In this document: piece after piece, positions 1-11,650 of the stretch
How the letters are laid out: each line of letters starts with the position of its first letter
Numbering within the stretch: position 1 is the stretch's first letter
Assembly: GCA_001643675.2 (NCBI GenBank)
Contig: LSRY02000006.1
Span: forward strand, 1,116,001-1,180,000
From: Monocercomonoides exilis PA203
Lineage: Eukaryota > Protista > Preaxostyla
Length of the DNA: 64,000 nt
Reading direction: 5' to 3'
Notes under the pieces: generated by a model
Told to the model about the DNA's origin: nothing
The model's input: only the letters and a program-made list of their open reading frames with translations
Databases searched by the model: none
Position numbers and translations under genes: made by a program

Positions 1-178
1 CAGCAATGACAACATCAGCTTTCTTCAATTCTTCTCGAATTTGGTCTTCTGGAGTTTGCAAACGATGATGATAAACAATTTCAGTTTCAAATGGAAATTC
101 TACTTCTTTCAAGCATTTTTCCAGTGTTGGTCTTAAACACGGAGAAATGGAACAAATGTAAAAGTGGAATTTGACCAT
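1..178 (-). CDS. 5' end of a gene running off the window (MVKFHFYICS...EELKKADVVIA); possibly a D-2-hydroxyacid dehydrogenase-type N-terminus
   Basis: ATG at 178-176 followed by an open frame to base 1 (my translation). The product guess rests only on the 'EELKKADVVIA' resemblance. Confidence 0.4.
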   Translation of the reverse strand, partial: MVKFHFYICSISPCLRPTLEKCLKEVEFPFETEIVYHHRLQTPEDQIREELKKADVVIA

Positions 179-385
179 AGAATTGAGAATTGCCTTCAAA
201 AATCGATAAAAATTCGATCAAGCTCCATAACTTATAAAAAAGATATAGCAATTGAAAAACATTTTTTTTTCTAAAAATATTTTAATGTTGACTAGGAAGG
301 AAAGAAAAGCATGAAGTGAATAATTTTAATTTATAATTAGCAAAATATGGTCAAGAGAATGATGAAAGTTTCTATAATTATTTTT

Positions 386-3038
386 TTAGCGTGAATTAAC
401 TGCATTTAACATCGCATTAATTCTCGCCATTTCATCCGCAGATGAGATGAACAATGGCTTTGCCACAGGTGCATCGCAAGACCTCATCCCCTCGCAATTC
501 TCACTGAACCTCTCTAAAGGATCGATCACGAGTGCCGTTGGCCTCCTCTTGAACATGTCAACAATCTGCTTTGTCTCGTCAATCGTCTCCATCAGCGCCA
601 TCCTCCCAAACACCCACAGCCCCAGGCGCACCCGTGAGACAGCCACGACCCACCGGCGGACGTCGCGCAGATGCCCCGCGCTCGCCCCGCTCCGCACAAG
701 CGACACGAGCACATAGTCCTCCTCCAGCCCTTGGAAGCGGTCAATTGTTGTCACTTTGTGCGGACTGCCGTACTTCGGATTGACTGCACACTCTTTCTCT
801 ATCATCTCCCTCAGCAGCGCCTTCTGCCCGTTATACGCTGCAAGAATCGCTATGCGCTTCGCAGGGTAGCCCAGCAGCCGCATGTACTTGTACACCTCCA
901 CCACAAACTTCGCTTCCCCGAGGTTCTGATAGAAGAACTGCACACTCTGCGTCTCCCCTTTCCCTTGATAGTCTCCAACATTCACAAACTGGTAGTCAAA
1001 CCCAAATCCTGCATTACCCACTCCAAATTTACCTTTCCTCTCAACGACAGCCGGCAGATCGCCCAGGCGATCGTACCGCCACCGGAACAGATCTGCAATC
1101 GACGCTCTTGTTCTCCCTTGTTTGTCCAGCTGAATGAAGGGAACACCAAAGCGAATGAGACGAGAAAATAAAGATTGATCAAAATGGCAGAATTTGGAGA
1201 GGCCCATGTTCTGCACCACAGGCGGGAGCTGGTGATGATCGCCGATCAGAATGATCCGCTTCAGCCGGCAGCCTCCTCTGTATTCTGAACTGTCTCCGTC
1301 TCCTTCTCCTGCTGTGCCTTCTCCTTTCACTTTTGCTGTTCTCTTCTTCTTCTTCTGCAGGCACATCGCAATCATCGCCTCAATCTCCAGCACCTGCCCT
1401 GCCTCCTCCATGATGAGGGTGTCATACTCAAACTGGTCGTTTATCAGCTCGTCTCTCACCATCGCCGCGTGTGTGCACGTCATCGCCACCACTTTTGCGT
1501 GTCTGCATAGAAGATGCCTCGATCTGTCCCTTTGCGAGGTGAAGAGCTCAAATGGACGGCATTCACGCACAGAGGAGAAGATGGAGGCAATGCACGAGAA
1601 GAGATGCTGAGAGATGCGGTATTTGGAGAGAGGGGGGAGATTGCTGGGGAAGAAGAGGGGCTTGAAACGAGGGTAAGGCAATTGTGGTGGTTGTGAGGCT
1701 GTTGTTGAATTAGCAGATGAAGAAGCAGAAGCAGAAGCAGAAGAAGAAGAAGCAGAAGCAGATATAGAAGACGATGGCTGATGATGAATGATATTCCCTT
1801 CTTCATCTTCGTCTTCCTCAGACTCGCCTTCAATGTCCATCGCAGCTGGATCTTTCTTTGCCTTCTTTTTGACTGAAGACGCATCAGAAGAAGAGGAGGA
1901 AGAGGAAGAAGAAGAAGAAGTTAACGGCCGAGGTTGCATGTTTTGCGCATCCTCTTCTGGAACCATCCCAAACCCAACATTCTTCAAGTAGAAATAGTTC
2001 TCCTCAAAGAACGCTTTAAATGGAAAGTCCTTTTCAATATCGAATTCTTCTTCTTCTTTCTGTTCTTCTCTTTTCTCTGTCAAAGTTTTACTTTCTTCCA
2101 CATCCATTGCTGATGCATCAATCTTTCCAGTATCATCTTTCCCTTCCTTCCCCTTCTCTTTCCCTTTCTTCTCTTTCTCCTTCTCCTTCTCCTCCTTCTC
2201 AATCACCCTCAAGCATTTCTCCTCATACTCCCTCCACAACTTCCTCACATAGTACTCATAGAAATACTCTGCGCTCTCACAGCTCTGGCTCGCCTGCTCT
2301 GCTGGCCCTCCCAGCGACTTCACCAGCCTCTTCACAACATCCAAATACGACAGCCTCCTCCCCAGCATATGCAATACCCTCCCTTCCCTCGTAAAGTCCT
2401 GCTTCAGCTCCAGCAGCTCTTCCCCGTGTCCCAGTCTCAGCAGGTACCGCTCGTCCACCACGCCTCTTTGGCTCACCCGCTCGAAGATCTGGTTCAGCCC
2501 GTGGTTTGAGTGCGCCATCAGCACAATTCTCTCCGTCGGGTGCGAAGAAGCTAACAATGACACAACATTCGCTGTCACTTCGGTTTTGCCTGTGCCTGGC
2601 GGGCCGACAACAAGTGTTAGACCGTGTCGAAGGCTGCTGTGGATGGCAGAGATCTGAGAGGGGGTGAAGGGGGTGGTGTTGAAACAGAAGGAAGAAGGAG
2701 AAGCGGGAGAAGAAGAAGAGAGGGAAGAAGAGTAAGAAGAAGAGGAGGAAGATGGATTTGAATAAGCAGGAATAATTGGATATGGCATGGGGGACATTTG
2801 CATTTGAGATGCCGAAGAAGCAGCAGAAGAAGAAGAATAAGAAGAAGAAGAGGAAGAAGCAGAAGCAGAAACAGCCGAGGCAACAGCAGAAAATGCGAAC
2901 AATGAGTCATTCACAGATGCTTCAAGTGGAGGAGGATAACGCTGCACATGAATTGTGGCACCCTCAAATCCAGATACTTTCTGTGGCAGAGGTTGTTCCA
3001 TTGATAGGCGATAGAACCAGCGGTGAGGAATAACATTG

Positions 3039-3070
<32 letters not shown>

Positions 3071-3074
3071 AGAA

Positions 3075-3108
<34 letters not shown>

Positions 3109-6100
3109 CCATTGTTGATGGAACTGTATTATTCAATCCAATTTTCTCGACAAGACTCGAATAAGCAGAATCTGCTGCTGGATCGTCTTCGAATGTGATG
3201 TTGGCGTTCTTGAAGGATGCTCTGATGTGCTCATCAGACACAAACACATCACCAAAGTCAATCCAATTTCTGTTCTCTGAAGAAGAAGAGGAAGAGGAAG
3301 AAACAGAAGAAGAAGAAGAAGAAGAAGAACTTGCAGATGATGATGAAGCTGTTGAAGAAGATGAAGATGTTTTTGTCTGTCTTGCAATCAGACTCGTCAG
3401 CAGCTCAATTCTCCTGTCTTCTCTCATCTCTGCCTCCATTCTCTTCATCCTCTCCTTCGGCGTCTCTATTTCTTCTGCTGATTCACCTTCGTTTTTCTCT
3501 CCATTCTTCGTCATTTCTTTCTTTTCCTTCTTATTCTTCTTTCCTTTCGCTGCAAGTTTCTTTTCTCTCAACCTCTTCTTCTTCTTCAGCTTCTCAATCT
3601 CTCTTTGCCAGCTCAGAAGATTTCCTTTCTTTTCTTCCTCTTCCTCTGCCTCCACTTTGTTGGGTGTGCAGGCTGAAGGATTGGCAATTCCAATGAGAAT
3701 GTCATTCATCCAATTGGGAATGCAAAGAGAGGTTGAAGGAGAGGAGGAAGAAGAAGACGACGACGATGATGAAGCAGAAGAAGCAGAAGAAGAGCTAACA
3801 ATTCCTGTGCCACTTCCTCCTTCCACATCTGACTCAAGAAGCAGACTGCGTATCGTCTGCAGCACCGCCTTGAAGTTGTTCTCTTTTGCTCTCCTTCTGA
3901 TGACAAGATTGAATGTCTGATATGGATTAACCACTGGCGCATACAACTCATCAATATCATCTTCCTCTCTTTCTCCTTCTCTTTCTCCTCCTCCTCCATT
4001 GCCTGAATCAAACGCATGCTGCAAGCTGTACTCACTCGCCCCGCTCAGCAGCTTCTTCCGCTTCTTCTCCATCTCCAACATCCGCTTCCTCCTCTTCCTC
4101 CTCTCCTCTTTCTCCTTCTCCTTCTCCTTCACTTCATTCATGTCCCTCTGATATTGATTCGCATCCACAAGCGCTCTGAAAATACGGATATTCCCTTTCA
4201 ACTCCACTCCTCGTGTGACTTTCACCTTCTGCCCAGCAAAACTGGCAACGCCCGCTTTTTCTGCATCGACAGCAGCAGTCAGAAACTCCGTTCGCACGTT
4301 GCCTTCTTCGTCTTCGATCTCCACAATCTCTGCCCCTCGCACAAAGGATACCCCATGCTTCAGACGGAAATCGGATTCTTTTAGTTTTCCTCCTTCTTTA
4401 TTTTCTTCTTCTTCTTCTTCTTCTTCTTCTTCTTCCTCTTTCCCTCCCACACTCACCAGGAACACCACATCGTGTCTCTTCATCTCGTCCCACTCGCTTC
4501 TGGCTGCCTCGTTCTTCACCTGCGACAGATCCACCACAAACTCCACTTTCACCATCGAAGGCGCAGATTCGCCCACATTTGCCTCAGACACATGCAGAAC
4601 AGAGAAAGAGGAGAGAGGAAGCGCCATGCGCGACCAGCCACGGAACGAGACGGCATTGGAAGAAGAAGATGAAGAGGAAGATGAAACGGAAGAGGAAGGG
4701 ATTAAAGCAGAGGAAGATGCTGATGAAGAAGAAGAAGAGGAGGAAGAGGAAGAAGAACCCGCTGATAATTCATTCTCTCTCTTCCTTCCTTTCCCTTCTT
4801 TCCTCCTGCACACAGCATCCACCCTTTCAATCGCATCCTCCAAGTCCTCCCTCACATTATGCGCAGCCTCCAGCCTGTAGAGTGTATACTGCCTGAGCAA
4901 ATAGTCTCTTAATGACAGAAACTGCAGCTGCATCTTTGGCAGCGTCAGCACTTTGTCCTTCACCGCGTAGCTGCGGGCAGGGAGAACAAGACTGTCCCAC
5001 AGCTGCTCTTCGGTGGGGAACAAGGGCATCGACTTCACAAGAAGCACTTGCGACTCCCGCCGCGCAAACTGCTCGATGATCAGGTCGACAAGAAGAGAGG
5101 CTGAAGAAGAAGAAGATGATGATGATGACGATGAGACAAAGTAATCGTTTGTATTCTGTTTGCTCAGATGCAACTTGGGAAATGGCAAAGGATATGTGTG
5201 CTGCAGAGGCTTCAAAAAGGAAGGCAGATGAAATTGCTTTGAATGTTGTGCTTTTTCTGTTGTTTTTTCGCTTTCTTTTTTATCTTCCTCCATTTTCTGA
5301 TCACCCTTTGCTTGAGAATTCTTTCCTCCTTTCTTTCCTTTCTTCTTCTTCGTTTGACTTTCTTTCTTCCCCTTCTTCTCTTCCTCTTCCTCTTCCTCTT
5401 CCTCTTCAACATCCATTCTTCCTTCTCCTCCTCCTTCTTCCTTGCTCTCTTTCTCCTCTTTCTCCTCTTTCCCTTCCTCCTCCATCCACTCGCTCGCATC
5501 AACCACCTCCTCCTCTCCCACCACACCCAGTTTCAGCGCCATGTGCAACAGCGTCTCCTCGTCCAATCTCATCAGCCGGCTACGCATCTCCTCCTTCGCA
5601 TCCACCCCTGTCACATGCGCCGTCCCAATAGACAGCAGCGCCTCTTTCGTCTGCCGCCGCATCCTTCTCCCACCGGAAAGCGCGCTGCGCAGCTGAGACA
5701 GAAGCAGCAAGTGGTTGTTTTGCTTTAAATCGGAGTGATTGGCTTCTTCTGAGGCTTTTTCCTTTTCCGCTTTTGCTGCTTCTTTTTCTCCTTCTTCTTT
5801 TTCTTTGGACTTCTCATTCTTTGTGTCTTTCTTTTTCTCTTCTCCTTTCTCTCTCATTCCTTCAATGAAGCACATCTGCTGCAGAGACCCAATCCTCTTG
5901 AAATGGAGTCGCTCAGCCTCTACATCAGACAGAGCAACGCCTCGCGTCTCATCTAGCTCGAAGAACAGATAGAACTCAGTGAGATTGACAAGCCGGGTAA
6001 AAGACGAGTTCATTTCCTCGGAATTGCTTGCGCTTTCCCCAAATTCCTCTTCTTCGTCAAATTGATAGAGCGCAGAATTGCGGCAGGCAATGAGGAAATG

Positions 6101-6983
6101 ACGCGAAAGAAGAAGAGGCCGAATAAACCGCCGAATCGGAATCATTGACAGTAAATCAATGACAATATCAAGAAATCTTTCACAAACTTCAATCATGTAT
6201 GGAACTTCATTGAATGATTGTGGATTATCTCTTGTTTTTGAACAATGTTCTAAAAGAAGCTCGTGATTGATGGATGAAAGAATCTTGAAAAATTTTCCCA
6301 GCAAAGTAGGGAAAAATAATGTTCGAAGATTCCATTCGTGTATTGAAGGAGATGGAGACGGTGGTGCAAAGTCCGTATTCAAATTTGGTTTTAGAGAATG
6401 AGGAGTTTTCTTTGCCTGATTCCATGATGAAATGCTTGCAGACCATAACTGTTGAAGTGAATGTGAAGTGTTCAGTTCGGAGATTCGTCTGGAAAGCGGA
6501 AGAACTCTCCAGATAGGAAGCGAAAGGAGTCTGAAAATATTCAATATTATTTGATAGATGCAAAATATAAAATTCAAAAAATTGAAATATCAAATACCTT
6601 AAAACAGAAGATGATATGACTTCGTTGTCTGTGCTGTGCAAGAGCCTTGAAAAGAGCAAAAGGTAAGACACAAATTGTTTTATCGAAATTGGCTCGTTGC
6701 AACATTGTATCAAATAAAAACGGTTCAGAAATTGATGAACTTTTAAAATTTTATCAGATTCTTGTTCGTTAAATTCTTTTATAAATCAAATGATAGAGGA
6801 AAAAATGAAATTATCAAAGAAAAAATTGATCAAACGAAAAAGTTGGCCATCGAAATCGTTAAGCAAATCAACAATTTCAAAAAAGCGATCTAATGTGCAA
6901 TCCGGGTCAAATGAGTTCCACCAATCTGGTAAAACACTCTTTGAAGCCGAAGATCCATTCATTAAAATATCACAAAAAAACAC
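386..6983 (-). CDS. AQR: Intron-binding spliceosomal RNA helicase Aquarius (SF1/UPF1-like); 5' exons approximate
   Basis: Motifs LPKMQLQFLSLRDYLLR, IRRRAKENNFKAVLQTIR, LVVGPPGTGKT (Walker A), MEEAGQVLEIE, LIGDHHQLPPVV and FYQNLGEA. GT-AG intron at 6597-6531 joins SVLR/LLSLPIW. True start not resolved. Confidence 0.92.
3038..3107. repeat. (GAA)n(GAT)n microsatellite encoding poly-Ser in Aquarius
   Basis: Visible trinucleotide run; one of many Ser/Glu tracts in this gene. Confidence 0.85.
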
Positions 6984-7225
6984 AAATAAAAGTGATATTT
7001 CATATGGGATAGATCAAATATTTTTGAAATCAATTGCGAAAAAACACTTTACAATAAAAAGACCTAAACTAGCAGTAAAATAAATGTTAGGAAAAATTAA
7101 ATGAAAGGGCGACCTCAGTATTTTTTGATTTCTGGATTCAAAAAAATAATTTCAACAAAAATATGATCAGTCAACATTATTGGAATATCCAACAGAAGTG
7201 AACCATTAAAAAAAGTGAAAACTGC

Positions 7226-8326
7226 TTATTGAGTTGTGGCTGGAATGTTCCAAGATCTGATGAAGCCATCAGAATAGCCAGCAAACAAATTCATTCCATC
7301 AATTGAGAATGAAGTTGACAAGCATTTTGGAACTTTTGGTTCTTTCGTTTCAGCTTCAGCATCAACTGCAACTTCGCGATCAGCAGCCTGAAGCTTCAAG
7401 TCAATGATGCATTGTTTCTTCTTGAGGCAGAAAATCTTGAGAGCTGAATCAGTTCCAACAGCAATCCACAATTTGCTTGGAGAGAAAGTGATAGAGTTGA
7501 TCACATCACCAGCTTGCAATGTGTACAAATGTGATCCTGTGTTAAGGTCATAAAGATTCACAACCTGATCTTTTCCACCTGATGCAACGAAAGCGCTATC
7601 TGGTGAAATGGCAATAGAGTTGATGTATCCTGTATGGCCTGTCAATGCATATTTCTGAGCAAATGTTGTTCTGTCCCACACGCGAATCATTCTGTCATAT
7701 CCTGCTGAAACAATTGGGTTGAGGTCATCGGCCATTCCAAATCTCACGCAGGTAATCCATTCTGGCAACTCGGCTGTGGAGTATTTCAATTCGCCATGAA
7801 TGTTCCACAATTTGATGGTTTTATCACGCCCAGCTGAAATGATTTGGCGGTTTCCACGAGAAAGGGCAACTGAAAGAACATCGTCTGTGTGACCATTGAA
7901 ACGGGCAATTGTTTTTTTTGCTGAAAGATCCCACAAGCGCAATGTCTTATCCCATGAAGCTGAAAGGGCATATTGTCCATCAGATGACAGGCAAATATCT
8001 TGGACGAAGTGATTGTGTCCAGTCAAAACACTTTTTGGTGTTATGTATGATTCTGGATGGGTTTCATTAATTTTCCACATGCACAAAGTTTTGTCTGAAA
8101 AGCAATTTTTAAAAAAATTTGATATTCAGCATGATGTGAAATGAAGGGTGGACAATTATATATTATGAATAAGTAATTTTAGTTTGCTGGTAAAAGAAAA
8201 GCATGCTTTAAACAAACCCCGAGATCCTGAAACAATGTGATCACCAGCTGCTGCAATTGAAGTAACCCAATCTCCATGATTTTTATATGAGCCCCGTGAA
8301 ACAACACCAGATCCTTGAGAAGCCAT
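7226..8326 (-). CDS. RACK1: RACK1 / guanine nucleotide-binding protein beta-like WD40 protein, 2 exons
   Basis: ATG at 8326 (MASQGSG...HGDWVTSIA...VSGSR). GT-AG intron 8217-8095 restores SGSRDKT. Motifs GHNHFVQD...SSDGQYALSASWDKTLRLWDL and GHTDDVLSVA. Confidence 0.93.
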
Positions 8327-8521
8327 CAAAAGATATGACTGATTTATAAATCTGATATCTTAAATAAGTATATTAAAACATTATCGTGATCATCAAAAAA
8401 TGATGATGATCTTTTGAAACAACTTTAAAAGAAAGATATTTTCTTTTGAATAAAGAATAACTCCAAAATGAATGCATTAATTCTTCGAGACAAAAAATAT
8501 TAGTATGTGTTCTCGATCAAA

Positions 8522-9811
8522 ATGACTGATGTTCTTCTTGTTGCTGGAGGTACCGACAGGCAAATCGACATTTTTTCTATGTCCAGGGCAGTAGAACAAA
8601 AGAAAATGGAAGGAACTGTACGAACTTTTTTCGTTTTTTCATAATTTAATTTTGTTGCGTTCTTTTTGCAAATACTCTATAAGCACGCAAATTGCATCAT
8701 TTTCACAGATGATAAACGCTTTTTTATTGTTGGTGGATTTAAATTAATAACCATATTTAAGCGAGATATTCATGAATCAATACTGAGATATCCTGTTCAT
8801 GAAGGAAACGTCACGTGCATGATATATTTAGGAGATGGAACATTATTGACTGGCTCAGATGATAAAAAAATCTTTATGTGGAAGTTGCAGTTGTATGTCA
8901 TATTTATTTTTTCATTTGATTATTTCTTAAAACATATTTTAAAATATAATTGGTCTTTTTATTTAAGAAATCCTGTTGCTGCACCTAAAAAATTGATAAT
9001 GAAGCAATTTGAGTCTGAAGTTACGTCAATGGCAAGACATCCTACTGAACCGTGGACTATTTATATTTCTTGTCAAAATGGAGATATTTTTCAGTGGAAA
9101 ATTAAATGGACAACTGAAAGTGATAATATTATAAAATTTGTATGCAAAACTTTTATTAATGATATTTGTTTATTTATTTTTAAAAACTGTAGAAATCTGG
9201 ACCAGATATGATACGTTCATTGACGACTGCTCCAACAGCTCAAATTCTTGTTGCTGCTGGTAATTCTGTTTGCTGACCATTTCTGAAAAAAAATGAATAA
9301 CCAATCTTTCAAATGAAAACATATTTTTGAAATTATAATTACTTTTAGGGTCATGTGTACATTTTCTCTCTTGAACCGATAGCTCTTTTGAAAGACTTTG
9401 AGGCTCATACAAAGTTTATCAATAAATGTTTGTTGAGTGCAGATGGAACGTATGTTAATTCTTTTAAACCATAGTTTTGATCATCATCATTATTTCTTTT
9501 TTAATTATTGTGTGTTACATTCATTGTGAAACAATGTGTGTGTGCTTAGATTATTAGCCACTTGTTCGGCTGATCATACTGCAAAGGTGTGGGATATGAC
9601 ACGATTAGAATCAGTGCAACTGAAATGGAAGAACGTTATTCATCACGCAAGATGGGTGTGGGATTGCGCATTCACCAGAGACGGGCGCAGTCTCATCACA
9701 GTATCGTCTGATAGATTTGTTCTTCAGTGGTTTGAAGGGATGAGTGCTTCTCGAACTTTAATTGAACGGCAAAGGCCGGCTCTGTGTGTTGCACTGGCAG
9801 AGGACGATTGA
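8522..9811 (+). CDS. LST8: TOR complex subunit LST8-like WD40 protein, multi-exon
   Basis: Starts MTDVLLVAGGTDRQI; contains HEGNVT; C-terminal LLATCSADHTAKVW...HARWVWDCAFTRDGRSLITVSSD matches the LST8 signature. Several short AT-rich introns. Confidence 0.8.
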
Positions 9812-10112
9812 ATTTCTTTAGTGAAAAAATTATTCATTGTTTTGTTTAAGGTTTTTATATTCATTTCAAAGCTATCTGTTATCACTTCATTTTCATTTTC
9901 TGTTTTATTGTTATTTGAGAGTACATTCTTTAATTATTTTCTTGTTAAAAATGGAATTTTGCGTTTCATATTTTTAAAGTTATCTGATTTTAGCAAAGAA
10001 CTGTAATTCAAATTTCACTGAGTTTGTAAATAGAACTGAATTGAATGGATCAAATGTTATGAGCCTTTTCACTGTTTTTTGATATTTTCGATACCCTTAA
10101 TAATTTTGTCAA

Positions 10113-11267
10113 ATGGTGTGATTGATCGTTTTCTGTATTTTTAAGTTGACGATGTTATGTATTATATATAACAGTTAAAAAGAACAGCAAGGCTTCGTAG
10201 AGAATATATATATAAAAAGTCATTACGAACAAAGGAAGCATTAATCAATCAACGGAAAAGACTTATAAAACAAGCAGAATTAGGTTTTAACTCTTTTTGT
10301 TTCGAGTGTCAAAGAGTTTTCAAATAAACTCAAATATTGTTATTGCTATTAGAGGGGAAACCAATCCCGACTGAACTTAGATATCACGAGAAAGAACTTA
10401 GTCGTGAGATTGAACTTGATGATGAAGAAACTGCAGGTATCGTAAATCAGAAATTCGTTTATAAATAACTCTTAAACGTTGAAACCTTTTAGAGGCTGGA
10501 CTTGGAATTGACGACGAATATGCAGATATTGGAGTGAAAGATCCAAAAATTGTGATTACAACATCAAGAGATCCAAGTTCACGCCTTCTTCAATTTGTAA
10601 AAGTATGTTCAATTTTCTTCTATGTGTTATGTTTCATTGAGACTTAGGAATTAGATATTCTTTTCCCAAACTCTCAGAGAATCAACAGAGGTTCTCACGT
10701 CATACCAGAACTGATTGATGCATGCAGAACTGCGGACGTGACAGATCTAATTATAATTCACGAACATAGAGGAGAACCTGGTTAGATTATTATTTGTTTT
10801 TGCTTTATTTTAAACCTTTTCCTTTTTTTTTTTATGCTAAAGATGGCATGATTGTAAGTCACCTTCCATACGGACCAACCTCATATTTCGGAATTGTGAA
10901 TACAGTTCTAAGGCATGATATTGAAACGCACTCCACGATGCCAGAAGAATATCCACATCTCATATTCCACAATTTGAAAACGCCGTTGGGGATTCGAGTT
11001 AGGAACGTGCTTCAGGCACTGTTTCCTGTTCCTAAGCCCGACAGCAAGCGCATCGTCACGTTTTTCAATCAAGATGACTACATATCATTTCGCCATCACA
11101 AACACTCCAGAGATGAGAAAGGTGAAGTTGTGTTAGAAGAAATCGGGCCACGTTTTGAGATGAGGCTGTTTAAGATAACGTTGGGCACTGCGGATATTAA
11201 AGAAGCAGACGTAGAATTTGAACTCAAACCGTACATGAACACAGCAAAGAAAGCTAAATTACTGTAG
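10113..11267 (+). CDS. IMP4: U3 snoRNP protein IMP4 (Brix domain), multi-exon
   Basis: ATG(10113-10115)|intron 10116-10174|LKRTARLRREYIYKK. Also DPKIVITTSRDPSSRL, HEHRGEP, SHLPYGPT, YISFRHH and EIGPRFEMRLF. Confidence 0.92.
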
Positions 11268-11650
11268 ATATAAAAGGATGTCAATGAATGAATCGTTTGT
11301 CATTGCTGAAAACATTGTTGACAGCTTTCATTTCACCATCTCACTTTAAAACTGCATTAAAATGGTATAACACTTCACTTTGAAAATGCTGTTTTCTTTT
11401 TGAAAAACAAAATAGATTGTTGAAAAATAGAAACTAAAACAGGGGTTATGAAAAATAAATGAATAACTTAAACACCAAAAAACGAAAATGTTTGATGAAA
11501 TGAATAAACTTCAACACAAAAAATTAAGCTATCACATTCGAAATAACGAGTATCTTTGCGAAAAATAAAGACAGTTCACAAATATTGGTGATGCTGAAAG
11601 TAATTTCAATTGGAACAGTTGCTCAAAAATTAAACACGATTTGTCTTTAA

